From positions 62,001 through 126,000 of IMG/VR virus record IMGVR_UViG_3300035661_000001: DNA of 64,000 nucleotides. One strand, 5' to 3'. The notes beneath the pieces were generated by a model. The model saw nothing but the letters and a program-made list of their open reading frames with translations, did not search any database and was not told the origin of the DNA. The translations under genes were made by a program, and so were the position numbers. The stretch's first letter is position 1; each line of letters starts with the position of its first letter. Shown piece after piece: positions 21,634 through 31,829 of the stretch.

Positions 21634-22103
21634 CTGTTTTTACCTTTATTTTTACCACAATATGTTTCAGTTTGAGAATGGCAATTAGGGCATAACAATC
21701 TTAGATTCAACAATTCATTATTGGTATTATCACCATCAATGTGATCTAAATGTAATGCAAGTGGTTTGGAATTCCATTCTGCAATCAAACAGATGGCGCA
21801 TTGATTAATCATCAACTGCTCTTTTAACAATCTGTGTTTTAAACTGTATGAACTTGTATAAGCACTATTCTTAATTAGAATTTCTTCTATTGGCTGTTTG
21901 ATAGCCCAATTATGGGTTTTATATTTAAGATATCCTTGTCCAGTAAAATGACTAGTATCAATACCAAGTCTTTTAACTTTTTGATGAAAAATTTTATAGT
22001 TTCCTCCGGCAGGTACTATTCCCAATTTGTTTAGTACTTCTCGTATAGAGAAACTTGTTTCAACTGCAATCACGAATTCTTTGTCTGAAAATTTCAGTTT
22101 CAT
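21603..22103 (-). mobile_element. HNH homing endonuclease
   Basis: 'LHLDHIDGDNTNNELLNLRLLCPNCHSQT'; 3' end overlaps tRNA-Leu antisense. Confidence 0.9.
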
Positions 22104-22924
22104 GGTAAACTCATATAACAACAGTTTTATAAGTTTACCTTAATAAGAAAATACATAATGTCCATAGATCATGCAAGAATATCAGAAATAGAAAAACTTT
22201 CTTCGTGTGAAAGGATAGCCGGCTATCTTTTTTACAGTAGCAAACTGGCTATGGTCGGTGCTAGGCTTAGAAAAAATGATAGGTCTGATTTCTCTTGGAC
22301 TGATGAAGAACATGAAGAATGGGATTCTATTTGTGATGAGATTGAACCTTGGTGGTATGCCTTGTCTGATGAGGAACACGCGGCTTTAAATGATGTAGAA
22401 GTATTTATGGCAAAATTAACGTGTGATGAATCTGTTTTAGAAGATGACCCATCACGGCAGTACAAAGCGATCAAAAGTTGGCGTTCCTAAAAATCTGCAC
22501 ATGTTTATGCATAAACATATGAAAAAGAAAAAGAAAATTCGCAGTGGATTAATTATGGCGATGTTGAATAGTCGTAAAGGCGGATCCATGAAGAATAAAA
22601 AAGATAAACGAAAAAATGGAAAAAATAAGCAAGAAGCTTATTTAGATGGAGATTACTAAAGTCAAGTTATAGATTTAATGAGGTATAGTATCTCATAATG
22701 TTTGGAAAATACAATGAGTGAGTTAGGTTTTTGTTCTTGTTTTGTTTTGAAAAGTACGGGAAATTGGAAAAAGTCATCTACAGATGACTGGGATTTGGAT
22801 GTAATAGAGCTTTCTGGAAAAGAAAAGCTGCTTGGTCATCGACCTATTGACGGATCAATTTTCAAAATTCTTCAAACTGATGACGGTAAAATTATTGCCG
22901 TTAGCAAAAATAATTGAATTATGT

Positions 22925-22953
22925 AACGGCTACTAGGTTTAATAGTAGCCGTT
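22925..22953. terminator. Hairpin between convergent genes
   Basis: AACGGCTACTA / TAGTAGCCGTT. Confidence 0.65.
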
Positions 22954-22976
22954 GGTATTTATTAGGAAAGAGATAA

Positions 22977-23591
22977 TCAAATTTTCTTTGCTAATTTTTC
23001 TATTTCTTTTTTCAAAATTACAAGTCGAACCCGTTCGCTTGGAGATGCCAGTTTACCCATATTAACAGGGTCTACATAATTTTTAGCTAAAGCAAAAGCT
23101 TGATTTCCCGCATTAGTTAATTGTGGTCCAAGAGCAGCTCCAGCTGATGACATAGAAATAGCATCATTTTGTACGGATGATGCAGCGGCATATACTGGTT
23201 CGAAAATCTTTCTTAAAGATTCTCCGAATGTTTCGACAGTCGGAAACCAAGATGCTTTACCATATTTTTCTCTGATAAAATCAGCTAGATTAGTTCCTGC
23301 CATAACTTTTAAAAATTGATCTCGCATGTAGCCAAATGAAGCTATTGTATTCTTATCCGCAATACCACTAGCAGCATCGGTCAATTTGCCATAAGTTTTC
23401 TGAACATTATTCAAATAATCTGAAACAAAAGTTAAGAGACCACTCTTATCTTTATCTTTTACTATCTGAGTCATGTTTAATAAATTAATATTTAAATCGC
23501 GCATTCCTTTTTGAAGAGCAACAATACCGGGATCAGAAAAAGTATCCTGAGCATTAGATATTTTATACACAATATACGTGGATCGGTTCAT
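22977..23591 (-). CDS. Hypothetical protein, possible virion/internal protein
   Basis: Antisense to early-type neighbours, Ala-rich, K[IL][AS]-type motif. Confidence 0.55.
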   Translation of the reverse strand: MNRSTYIVYKISNAQDTFSDPGIVALQKGMRDLNINLLNMTQIVKDKDKSGLLTFVSDYLNNVQKTYGKLTDAASGIADKNTIASFGYMRDQFLKVMAGTNLADFIREKYGKASWFPTVETFGESLRKIFEPVYAAASSVQNDAISMSSAGAALGPQLTNAGNQAFALAKNYVDPVNMGKLASPSERVRLVILKKEIEKLAKKI

Positions 23592-23628
23592 GGTAATATT
23601 GTAATTTATGCACAGAGATTAGGTCAAT

Positions 23629-24462
23629 ATGTCCAAAAATAAATCGTCTCTTAGAAGATTTTTTTCTTCGTTTTCAAAAGTCGGAAAAAGTATTTGGACT
23701 ACAACTAAAAAATTATCTAAATTTGGATTGGCGGGATTATCTTTTGCTGCTTATGCTTTTTTGTATAATTGGCGGCTAGCACTGCTTATTATGATTTCTG
23801 TGGGATTTCATGAGTCCGGTCATATTTGGGCAATGAAAAAAGCTGGAATAAAAACAAAAGGTTTTTATTTTATTCCATTTATTGGAGGTATAGCTATTGC
23901 TGAAGCGCAGTATTCTAGCTATAAACAGAATGTTTGGGTAGCTATTATGGGACCTGTGTGGGGATGTCTTTTAGCACTTGTTACAGCTGGCGTATATTAT
24001 TATACAAAAAATTCTTTGTTTGCCATAGCTGCTATCTGGATGGCAGCATTAAATCTGATTAACCTAGTACCAATCTCACCTTTGGATGGCGGTCAAATCA
24101 TGAGATCAATTACGTTTTCAATCAATCAAACGGTTGGATTAGTATTTTTGATCTTTTCATTTGCGATATCAGCTAACATAATGTTTGTCCTTCGTATTCG
24201 AGAGTGGGCATTAATTTTTATTGTAGGTGGTATTGAATTGATTTTCGAGTTGTATCTTAGGTACAAGACCAAAAATAAAAAACAATCTAGTTGGTTAACG
24301 GTTGAATTAACCGGCAGTCATTGCCCAACTCCATTAAATTGGAAACAAATAGTATTGTCAACCACATCTTATGTGGTTTTATCTTCAGTGTTGATGATAA
24401 TAATTCTTGTACTTAGAAACATTCCTGATGTAAATCTGGCTCTGTATGCTTTCATTCAATGA
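23629..24462 (+). CDS. M50 family (site-2) intramembrane metalloprotease
   Basis: HExxH 'FHESGH', 'MGP', 'NLINLVPISPLDGG', multiple TM segments. Confidence 0.92.
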   Translation: MSKNKSSLRRFFSSFSKVGKSIWTTTKKLSKFGLAGLSFAAYAFLYNWRLALLIMISVGFHESGHIWAMKKAGIKTKGFYFIPFIGGIAIAEAQYSSYKQNVWVAIMGPVWGCLLALVTAGVYYYTKNSLFAIAAIWMAALNLINLVPISPLDGGQIMRSITFSINQTVGLVFLIFSFAISANIMFVLRIREWALIFIVGGIELIFELYLRYKTKNKKQSSWLTVELTGSHCPTPLNWKQIVLSTTSYVVLSSVLMIIILVLRNIPDVNLALYAFIQ

Positions 24463-24477
24463 GAAAGAATTACTAAA

Positions 24478-24813
24478 ATGAATAAATTTTCATTACTATC
24501 TCTGTTGCTTGTAACTGGTTGCACATGGGGCAGCCCTCCATGCCCCGAACTATCGAACGATGATAAAGATGGAATATATCTTCGAAACTTAGGGTCTGTT
24601 GTAATTGATAATGAATCATGTTCAATTATTGAAACAATCAAAAAAACTGATTGTATTATCCAATAGGGTTGGAACCGCGGTCCATCTTGTAAAGGCGAAT
24701 GGATGAGTTGTAATACACAGGTTCTTACTCGATTTACTAAATGTCCTTCAGGAACATTTTCAAATACAATAACTTATTCTTCAGATAAGTTTCATAGAGA
24801 ACAAGTAGAATGA
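24478..24813 (+). CDS. Lipoprotein interrupted by an in-frame TAG at 24664-24666
   Basis: Lipobox VTGC; frame stays open 48 codons past the TAG, to a TGA overlapping the next ATG. Confidence 0.5.
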
Positions 24814-25319
24814 AATTCATATTTCTAGATTTTGATGGCGTATTAAACAGCGATAAATATTTCGACAGCCCTATTTTTAAAAATGAAACTAAAGGTATGG
24901 GCTGGAATGAGATTATGCTAATCGTTCATCATACCCATCTGGATCGAGATGCAATTCAACTGATAAATCAATTAGTTAACAAATCGGAAGCATCAGTAGT
25001 AGTCTCTTCTACTTGGAGACAAAAATATTCAATTGATGAATTGAATGAAATGTTAACTGCTCGTGGGGCAACTTTTACTATCATTGCAGCGACTCCTATA
25101 CATCGTTGCACTTATGTTGGTTGGGGCATGCAGGAAGTTATACGTGGCCATGAAATTCAAGATTATTTGAATGGAGTTGAAGCTCCAGTTCAATTTGTAA
25201 TTTTGGATGATATCAATAACATGGATCAATTAACCGATCATTTAGTGTTAACAGATGAATCGGTTGGTATTACATCAGCAGATATTGATAAAGCTTTACA
25301 AATCTTAAGCGAGGAATGA
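24810..25319 (+). CDS. HAD-superfamily phosphatase (Swiss-army-knife RNA repair-like HAD)
   Basis: 'IFLDFDGVLN', 'VVSSTWR', 'RGHEI..YL', 'FVILDD'. Confidence 0.85.
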   Translation: MKFIFLDFDGVLNSDKYFDSPIFKNETKGMGWNEIMLIVHHTHLDRDAIQLINQLVNKSEASVVVSSTWRQKYSIDELNEMLTARGATFTIIAATPIHRCTYVGWGMQEVIRGHEIQDYLNGVEAPVQFVILDDINNMDQLTDHLVLTDESVGITSADIDKALQILSEE

Positions 25320-25320
25320 T

Positions 25321-26529
25321 ATGGAAGAGAAAAAATCTGAACTTGATCATAAAGTTGTGCCTGCTGGACAGTCTATCTATGGCATCAATGTTATTGGGCT
25401 TTATTTACCTAGAGCATTAAAACATCATTTGGATACTGGCTCTCCTTTAGACGCCAAAAGTGTAAGTGGTATTCTTTCAATTCCTATTGAAGAGTTATGT
25501 AAATATCTAGAAGATAATGGTGGCGTACGAGGAGTATGCCAATACGATAGCGAATACAGCTATCTATGGAATTATTCTTTCTTAAACATCTCTTACAGTA
25601 AAAAAACTAGTTCTATTAGTATTACAGGATACTTAATGAGTGCTGAGCTAGTGGCGCTCATGAAATCAATTGAAACTAATTTCATATCTAAAAGTAAAAA
25701 GGATTTGGTATTTTCAATTGTTAAATCAAGCCTGGGGCTTGATATTAAAAACATGGGTAATGGATCGTCGCCGCTTATTAAAGATAATTATAATCCAGAA
25801 GTAATTTCTGATTTGGATATCGTTATTGAATCTTTCAAGAGTGCAACACCATCCGGAAGAATATGTATCCTTAATGGAGAGCCTGGTACTGGTAAGACAC
25901 ATTTAGTAAGATCAATGTTATCCGCTATTGATAATGTGTACCTGATTGTTCCTTCTAACCTCATTTCAGCATTAGATAGTCCCGAATTTCTACCTCTTTT
26001 GCTTAGGGTTAAAGAGACTCATGAAAAACCAATTATCTTAATTATTGAAGACGGTGATTCATGTTTAGCTCCAAGAAAGAGTGATAACATGTCTTCAATT
26101 ACATCTCTGTTAAATTTGAGTGACGGTATACTTGGGTCGATCCTTGATATCAAAATGATCATTACCACCAATGCCCAGATTAGAGATGTGGATCAAGCTA
26201 TTATGAGAGTTGGGCGGTTGTGCAAAAATATTGATGTTGGTGCATTGCCTTATGAGCGAGCTAATGCAAGATATCAGCAGTTGATGAAAAACTCAGAAGT
26301 AGTTTTGGATAAGAAAAAGTTTTATACTTTGGCAGAAGTATATAATATTTTCAATGGTAAAAATGAACGTCAGCCGGCGACACCTAATAATTCTAAACGC
26401 TCTATTGGTTTCCAATCAAATATTGGTTTTTCTATTCGTAGTCATGATGAAGTTGATGTCAAATATCATAAATTACTGAATGAAGCGGCTGCTTTAGAAG
26501 AAATAGCTAAGAAAAAAGGCTTGTTGTAG
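25321..26529 (+). CDS. AAA+ ATPase
   Basis: Walker A GEPGTGKT, Walker B IIEDGD, 'LLNLSDG', 'TTN', 'D.AIMRVGR'. Confidence 0.88.
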   Translation: MEEKKSELDHKVVPAGQSIYGINVIGLYLPRALKHHLDTGSPLDAKSVSGILSIPIEELCKYLEDNGGVRGVCQYDSEYSYLWNYSFLNISYSKKTSSISITGYLMSAELVALMKSIETNFISKSKKDLVFSIVKSSLGLDIKNMGNGSSPLIKDNYNPEVISDLDIVIESFKSATPSGRICILNGEPGTGKTHLVRSMLSAIDNVYLIVPSNLISALDSPEFLPLLLRVKETHEKPIILIIEDGDSCLAPRKSDNMSSITSLLNLSDGILGSILDIKMIITTNAQIRDVDQAIMRVGRLCKNIDVGALPYERANARYQQLMKNSEVVLDKKKFYTLAEVYNIFNGKNERQPATPNNSKRSIGFQSNIGFSIRSHDEVDVKYHKLLNEAAALEEIAKKKGLL

Positions 26530-26571
26530 ATTATAGTCTACCCATCGACAGATACTTAATGTCGATGTTGC

Positions 26572-26646
26572 CGGGCAAAAGGTCAGCTGGTTGCAGCCGG
26601 AGTTCTTATAAAGCTCTTGAGGTGGGTTCGATCCCCATTTGCCCGA
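26572..26646 (+). tRNA. tRNA-Ile(TAT), copy 1
   Basis: CGGGCAA/TTGCCCG; GAGTT-CTTATAA-AGCTC; GTGGG-TTCGATC-CCCAT. Confidence 0.85.
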
Positions 26647-26772
26647 CGGAAAATCGTATGAAAAATGATTGAACGATCATATCATTTAATGATATAGTAG
26701 ATGTGAAACATATTAGGTGTTTGGGTTTAATCCCCTCCATCCTCCCAATCCAGTATTTAATATGTTTTCATT

Positions 26773-26855
26773 GGGCGAGTGGTGGAATGGTAGACACAGC
26801 GGACTCAAAATCCGCCGGCAGCAATGTCATGAGGGTTCGACTCCCTCCTTGCCCA
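26773..26855 (+). tRNA. tRNA-Leu(CAA), normal long variable arm
   Basis: GCGGA-CTCAAAA-TCCGC, long variable arm, canonical T loop. Confidence 0.92.
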
Positions 26856-26901
26856 CAATCTTATAGATTCGTATAATAATTATGACTAAAAGGAATCATC
26901 C

Positions 26902-27255
26902 ATGAAAAGACTGCTACTTTCTCTATTAACTGGGTTGGTTTTAGTTGGTTGCGTTGCTCCCATCGAAGAGTCAAAAGAAGTGAATACGCCATCAGAAGAG
27001 GCGGTCGGTGTTCCATCTGATTATTATGTTAAAGATAAGGGCGCAGGCTATGACTGCCTGCCTCAGCTTGTGGAATTGAAACTTCCTAATGGTAATACCA
27101 AAATGGTTCTGATTCCTGTACTTTGCGATGAAAATCCATATTTAGATAAGGGTGATCCTTCTCCAGATGTAACGTCTCCGGAAGATGAGGTCACCGATTC
27201 TGATCCCACAAAATTAATGAAAAATAATGTGGAACCTGTTTCGCCGATGATTTGA
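26902..27255 (+). CDS. Putative lipoprotein
   Basis: Signal peptide with lipobox LVGC; AAGGA upstream. Confidence 0.6.
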   Translation: MKRLLLSLLTGLVLVGCVAPIEESKEVNTPSEEAVGVPSDYYVKDKGAGYDCLPQLVELKLPNGNTKMVLIPVLCDENPYLDKGDPSPDVTSPEDEVTDSDPTKLMKNNVEPVSPMI

Positions 27256-27305
27256 AAAATCATGTCATAAATCATGATATGTTTTAAATGTGGACATCAT
27301 GATTT

Positions 27306-27695
27306 ATGAATAGAAAAATCCTTGCTTTTTTTGAAGTTGCAGCTAGAACGGCTACCAGTAAAATGGATAGGCGTTCTTTTTTGCTTGGTGCCATTGGTAT
27401 TCGTAATGATGGTGTTATGGTACGATCTTTGAATTCCCCGACAGAAAACAAAAATCGTAAAGCTCATGCTGAATGTAAACTTTGCCGTAAGCTTGACTAT
27501 GGTGCTGAGGCAGTTTATGTTGCTAGGGTAAGATTTGATAATTTTCAATTCGGCATGGCTCGACCTTGCTCTTCTTGTAGAAAAATTCTGAAGACTAAAA
27601 AAGTAAAGAAAGTTTTCTACACCATTAGCCAGAGTTCTTATGGCGTAATTGATTTCGGTAAAAATACAGAAGTAATTTATGAAGATAACTTTTAA
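27306..27695 (+). CDS. Zn-dependent cytidine/adenosine deaminase-fold protein
   Basis: HAE ... PCxxC ('HAECKL', 'ARPCSSC'), 'KVFYT'. Confidence 0.85.
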   Translation: MNRKILAFFEVAARTATSKMDRRSFLLGAIGIRNDGVMVRSLNSPTENKNRKAHAECKLCRKLDYGAEAVYVARVRFDNFQFGMARPCSSCRKILKTKKVKKVFYTISQSSYGVIDFGKNTEVIYEDNF

Positions 27696-28125
27696 TAAAC
27701 TTTCTTTATGTAATGAAGAAAGAGATGACGTTCTTAAAGAACGTCATGCAATTATTTACTTCTTAAAAAATCAGGATATCGATACATCAATAATTGATAA
27801 ACTTCGTTCCGAACAACATTGGATATGTGGTGCACCATATAATACAAAAGGCTATTTCGATGAAGAAGCATTTTACAAAGTAATTGAAAATTTGAAATCT
27901 CATGGTTATGATAAAAGACCCCTTCATCAGTTCAAAGAAATTGACGACGATGAGTTTGTCTACGACGAAGAAATCGGAAATGCTTTAAACGAACGATCAA
28001 TGATTATTTCTTTCTTAAAGAGAAATAAGATTAGCTTAATTATTATCAATAGTTTACGGTCAGGCAAACATTGGGCGTTAGGATCTGCATATGGTCCAGG
28101 CGGGTGTTTTGATTATGGCGAATGA
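27679..28125 (+). CDS. Hypothetical protein with internal duplication
   Basis: Two 'L.ER..II.FLK...LRS..HW..G..Y...G.FD' units. Confidence 0.6.
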   Translation: MKITFNKLSLCNEERDDVLKERHAIIYFLKNQDIDTSIIDKLRSEQHWICGAPYNTKGYFDEEAFYKVIENLKSHGYDKRPLHQFKEIDDDEFVYDEEIGNALNERSMIISFLKRNKISLIIINSLRSGKHWALGSAYGPGGCFDYGE

Positions 28126-28160
28126 TATAAATTTTTAATTGAATACATGGTATAAAAATA

Positions 28161-29423
28161 ATGACACACGTATGCGTTATGTTTCCTTATCCGAGTGGTA
28201 ATGGATTGCACATTGGGCATTCTTATAACTATGCCGTTACAGATTCTTATTGCAGATATCTAAGGTTTACTGGAAAGGAAGTCTTTCAGCCTTTTGGATA
28301 TGATGCATTTGGTTTGCCCGCAGAAAATTATGCCCGTTCAGTTGGAGGTAATCCTAAAGATATTACCTATGCTAATATTGATAAGTTCAGAGAACAAATG
28401 GTTCATATGAATACTCAATATCAAGAGTTGCTTATTACATCTGATCCATCTTATCAAAAATGGACACAATGGTTGTTTACCAAGCTTTTGGAAAAAGGCT
28501 TGGCTTATAAATCTTTTGGTGATGTCAATTTTTGTCCTAGTTGTGATACTGTTTTGGCGAGGGAACAGGTAAAAAATGATCATTGTGAAAGATGTCATTC
28601 AAAAATTGAAATTAAACAATTGAATCAATGGTATTTCAAAATTACTGCATATAAAGATCGTTTGATTAAAAATTTGGATAAAATTGATTATCCAGCAAAA
28701 ACTATTAAGTCTCAGCGTAACTGGTTGGAAAATCTTCATGACTGGTGTGTGTCTCGTCAGCGTTCATGGGGATGCCCAATTCCAATTGAAGGCGAGACTG
28801 ATACTTTGGATACTTTTGTAGATAGTTCATTTTATTTTGTAAGATATTGTGATCCTACAAATGAAAACGAATTGTGCGCTAAAGATAAATACAAACAGGT
28901 AGATGTGTATGTGGGTGGGAATGAGCACGCGTGCATGCACTTGATTTATGCCAGATTCATACATATGTTTTTGTATGACCTCGGAATTGTTTCTGAAGAA
29001 GAGCCTTTCAAAAAAGTAATTCATCAGGGAATGATTTTGAATGACGGCGAAAAAATGTCCAAATCAAAAGGAAATGTTATTAATCCCGACTCATACGATC
29101 AGGATGAGTTGAGATTCTATTTGATGTTTATTGGTCATTATTTTGATGGCGGCTCTTGGTCTGATAAAAATATTAGTGGTGTGCGTAGATTTACGGCACG
29201 AACTAAAGAATGGTTGTCGAGAACAGGAGAAGAATCAATCAATGATCACCTGTCTAGATTTCAAGATCAGATTTTCAATTTTACTGAAAATTTCAAATTC
29301 AATCGAGTAGTCAGTGAGTTTATGATTTTGGTTAATCAACATCGAACCAAAAATATTACTGTCGCCGATAGAGATAGATTGATTTCTTTGTTGAAAATCT
29401 ATATGCCAGGATTTACTGTATGA
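28161..29423 (+). CDS. leuS: Minimal leucyl-tRNA synthetase (no CP1 editing, leucine-specific or C-terminal domain)
   Basis: 'MFPYPSG.GLHIGH', 'GYDAFGLPAEN', Zn knuckle, 'QRNW' joined to 'DW.VSRQR.WG.PIP', 'ETDTLDTFVDSS', 'GG.EHA..HL.YARF', 'KMSKSKGN'. Confidence 0.95.
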   Translation: MTHVCVMFPYPSGNGLHIGHSYNYAVTDSYCRYLRFTGKEVFQPFGYDAFGLPAENYARSVGGNPKDITYANIDKFREQMVHMNTQYQELLITSDPSYQKWTQWLFTKLLEKGLAYKSFGDVNFCPSCDTVLAREQVKNDHCERCHSKIEIKQLNQWYFKITAYKDRLIKNLDKIDYPAKTIKSQRNWLENLHDWCVSRQRSWGCPIPIEGETDTLDTFVDSSFYFVRYCDPTNENELCAKDKYKQVDVYVGGNEHACMHLIYARFIHMFLYDLGIVSEEEPFKKVIHQGMILNDGEKMSKSKGNVINPDSYDQDELRFYLMFIGHYFDGGSWSDKNISGVRRFTARTKEWLSRTGEESINDHLSRFQDQIFNFTENFKFNRVVSEFMILVNQHRTKNITVADRDRLISLLKIYMPGFTV

Positions 29424-30028
29424 ATATAAAAACTTTAATGTTTACATTAATTTTAATTGGTTGTTCACCTTCCGAAAAAGAATTAAATTTAACGGCAGAT
29501 AAAACAAGAATTAAAGTTTGTTCTCCTATAGGAGAGTTTGTTAGTTTACCAATTTATGATTGGAATACAGGAAGTCCATCTAAATATGGCTATAAATTAG
29601 CTACACAGTGTGACCCTAATAAAAAAGTCGAAATCTCTATTGAAAGAAATAATTGTTATAATCAGGCGCCATATGAGGTGATTATTACAAATACAACTGA
29701 TCGTAGTATTAAAAATACTACAATAAATATTGAGGCATATGAGCCAGGCATCTCTACTAATGTATTAGAAAATGATACAAGATATATGGAGATCGTATCT
29801 CCATTCATTATTAAATCAAATGAATTTAGTAAAAGTTGTACTGCCATATATTATGGTACAGAATATAAAGAAAATAAAATTGATTATGATTTAAAAGTTT
29901 TAGGGGCAAAGTATTTAGATAACCTGGATGCATATTCAAAAATTCCAAAAATGTTACCAGCATCTTATAAAGTAAAAATAAAAATTGTTAATGTGGAATT
30001 TTATTCTTCTGATAAAGAAATTCCATAG
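29420..30028 (+). CDS. Putative lipoprotein
   Basis: Lipobox LIGC. Confidence 0.55.
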   Translation: MNIKTLMFTLILIGCSPSEKELNLTADKTRIKVCSPIGEFVSLPIYDWNTGSPSKYGYKLATQCDPNKKVEISIERNNCYNQAPYEVIITNTTDRSIKNTTINIEAYEPGISTNVLENDTRYMEIVSPFIIKSNEFSKSCTAIYYGTEYKENKIDYDLKVLGAKYLDNLDAYSKIPKMLPASYKVKIKIVNVEFYSSDKEIP

Positions 30029-30039
30029 TCTAATTTCTC

Positions 30040-30435
30040 TCAATAAAAATCTTTTGCAGTTTTCTTCCTATGACAGTTAGCGCATCTTACTTCACATTTT
30101 TCTATTTCTTTTTCTAATTGTTTAATAGAGCTTCTGTTTATAATCATTACAGAAATATTTGATTTTTTTACATATTTGATATGATCAAATTCTAGACAAA
30201 CAGGATTCGATTCTCCACAATCAACACAAGGATGTTTTGTTAAATATTCATAAACAAAAAATTTTGTTTTATTTCGATATTCTTTAGTGTATCCTTTATC
30301 TCTACTACGATTATTATATATTTTATTATGGCATTTTTTACAATTATGACGACGAGAGATTTTATTTCTTAGTGGAAACTCAGTTATGTTTTTCTCACAC
30401 TTACAAATTCGGCAAATTTTAGTAATTTCATTCAT
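30040..30435 (-). mobile_element. HNH homing endonuclease
   Basis: 'HPCVDCGE....LEFDH...IEKCEVRCANCHRKKT'; probable start MNEITK. Confidence 0.85.
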
Positions 30436-30460
30436 ATTAAATATATAACATAGGCGCATA

Positions 30461-31477
30461 ATGAACAAAGATCTTTTATTAGCTAAACCCAATTTACCCA
30501 GCGGGTGGTTGGATACTTCCGTGGGCGAGCCATATTCTGTTAAAGAAAATTTATTTGAATATTTTAATTTATATGACTATAGCCTATCAATGAGAGATAG
30601 CTCAATATTTGAATATCCAAATCCTAGCGGCTATAAACCTTTAGTTGATTTATTGGAGAATCGATATGGTGCTCCAGTTATAATTACCAACGGTGCTAAA
30701 CAAGGATTAGCTGCAGCGTTATATACTTTGAAAAAAATGGGTAAACGAAAAGTAGGAATGAGAACTCCTTTCTGGGCTCTTCTTCCTCCGCTTATTCATA
30801 TGCAAGGTTTACACCCTACATCTTATGAAGAATCTGATTGTAATCTGTTGGTTATGCCTAATAACCCAGATGGATTTACTATGACTCCACATGACGTAAA
30901 TGAGTTTGTATCGGAGTGCATTGATAATCACAAACCATTGATTCATGATGCGGCATATTATAGCCATATTTATTTGCCAGAATCTTATCCTCTCGATCCC
31001 ATCGGTGATGTCCAACTCTTCTCTATGAGTAAGATGCTCGGTCTTTCTGGTCTTCGTTTAGGGTATGCGGTATGTCACAATCATATTTATTATAAGTTTA
31101 TCCAAGAATATATGGAAGCTATGACTGTGGGTGTTTCAAACATTTCACAAATTCTTTTGTTTGATCTTCTGACCCAGATGTCAGAGAATGGTGAATCATC
31201 AGAAGCATTTGAAAAAATGGCGTACCATTCAATTCAGAAATCTAAAAGTATTCTTAAACAAATAAACCCAGAAGTATTACTAGTACCAGATAATATAGAA
31301 AAAATTCCGGGTATGTTTGCTTGGTTGAAGATTGGAGAAAAAGCTAATTTCAAAAAATCCAAAGTTCATGTAGTAGAAGGAACTCATTTCGGAGTTCCTG
31401 GCATGGTACGAATTAATTTAGCTTTAGATCATCAGACTTTGCAAGAAGTAGTGGATCGTTTAAACTCTGTGGTGTAA
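30461..31477 (+). CDS. PLP-dependent aminotransferase class I/II
   Basis: 'ITNGAKQGL', 'PNNPDG', 'DAAY', 'SMSKMLGLSGLRLGY' (PLP Lys). Confidence 0.9.
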   Translation: MNKDLLLAKPNLPSGWLDTSVGEPYSVKENLFEYFNLYDYSLSMRDSSIFEYPNPSGYKPLVDLLENRYGAPVIITNGAKQGLAAALYTLKKMGKRKVGMRTPFWALLPPLIHMQGLHPTSYEESDCNLLVMPNNPDGFTMTPHDVNEFVSECIDNHKPLIHDAAYYSHIYLPESYPLDPIGDVQLFSMSKMLGLSGLRLGYAVCHNHIYYKFIQEYMEAMTVGVSNISQILLFDLLTQMSENGESSEAFEKMAYHSIQKSKSILKQINPEVLLVPDNIEKIPGMFAWLKIGEKANFKKSKVHVVEGTHFGVPGMVRINLALDHQTLQEVVDRLNSVV

Positions 31478-31829
31478 AATTATGTTTAATTCCATTAAAG
31501 AAAAACCATTAGCCGAGCAGTTCAAAACAATTGCTAAAATTTCAAGACAAAAACTTGAAGAAGAAGCTAAAATAGGATCTCCTAAGGATTTAAAGAAAGC
31601 TCAAAACCTTTATCAAAAAATTCTGAAAGAGATTAAAACTGAATCAGAAAAAGGTAATACTAATTTATTTTGGTCTAATCATTATATGTGGTTTGGTAGA
31701 TGGACAGTTTCTTTTTCTTTAGCATCAGCTATTTGTAATCTTTTGGAAAACGATGGATTCTCTACTAGCAAATGTCTATCTTCTAGTGATATCGGGCAAT
31801 ATTACATTTCAATTTATTGGTGATTTAAA

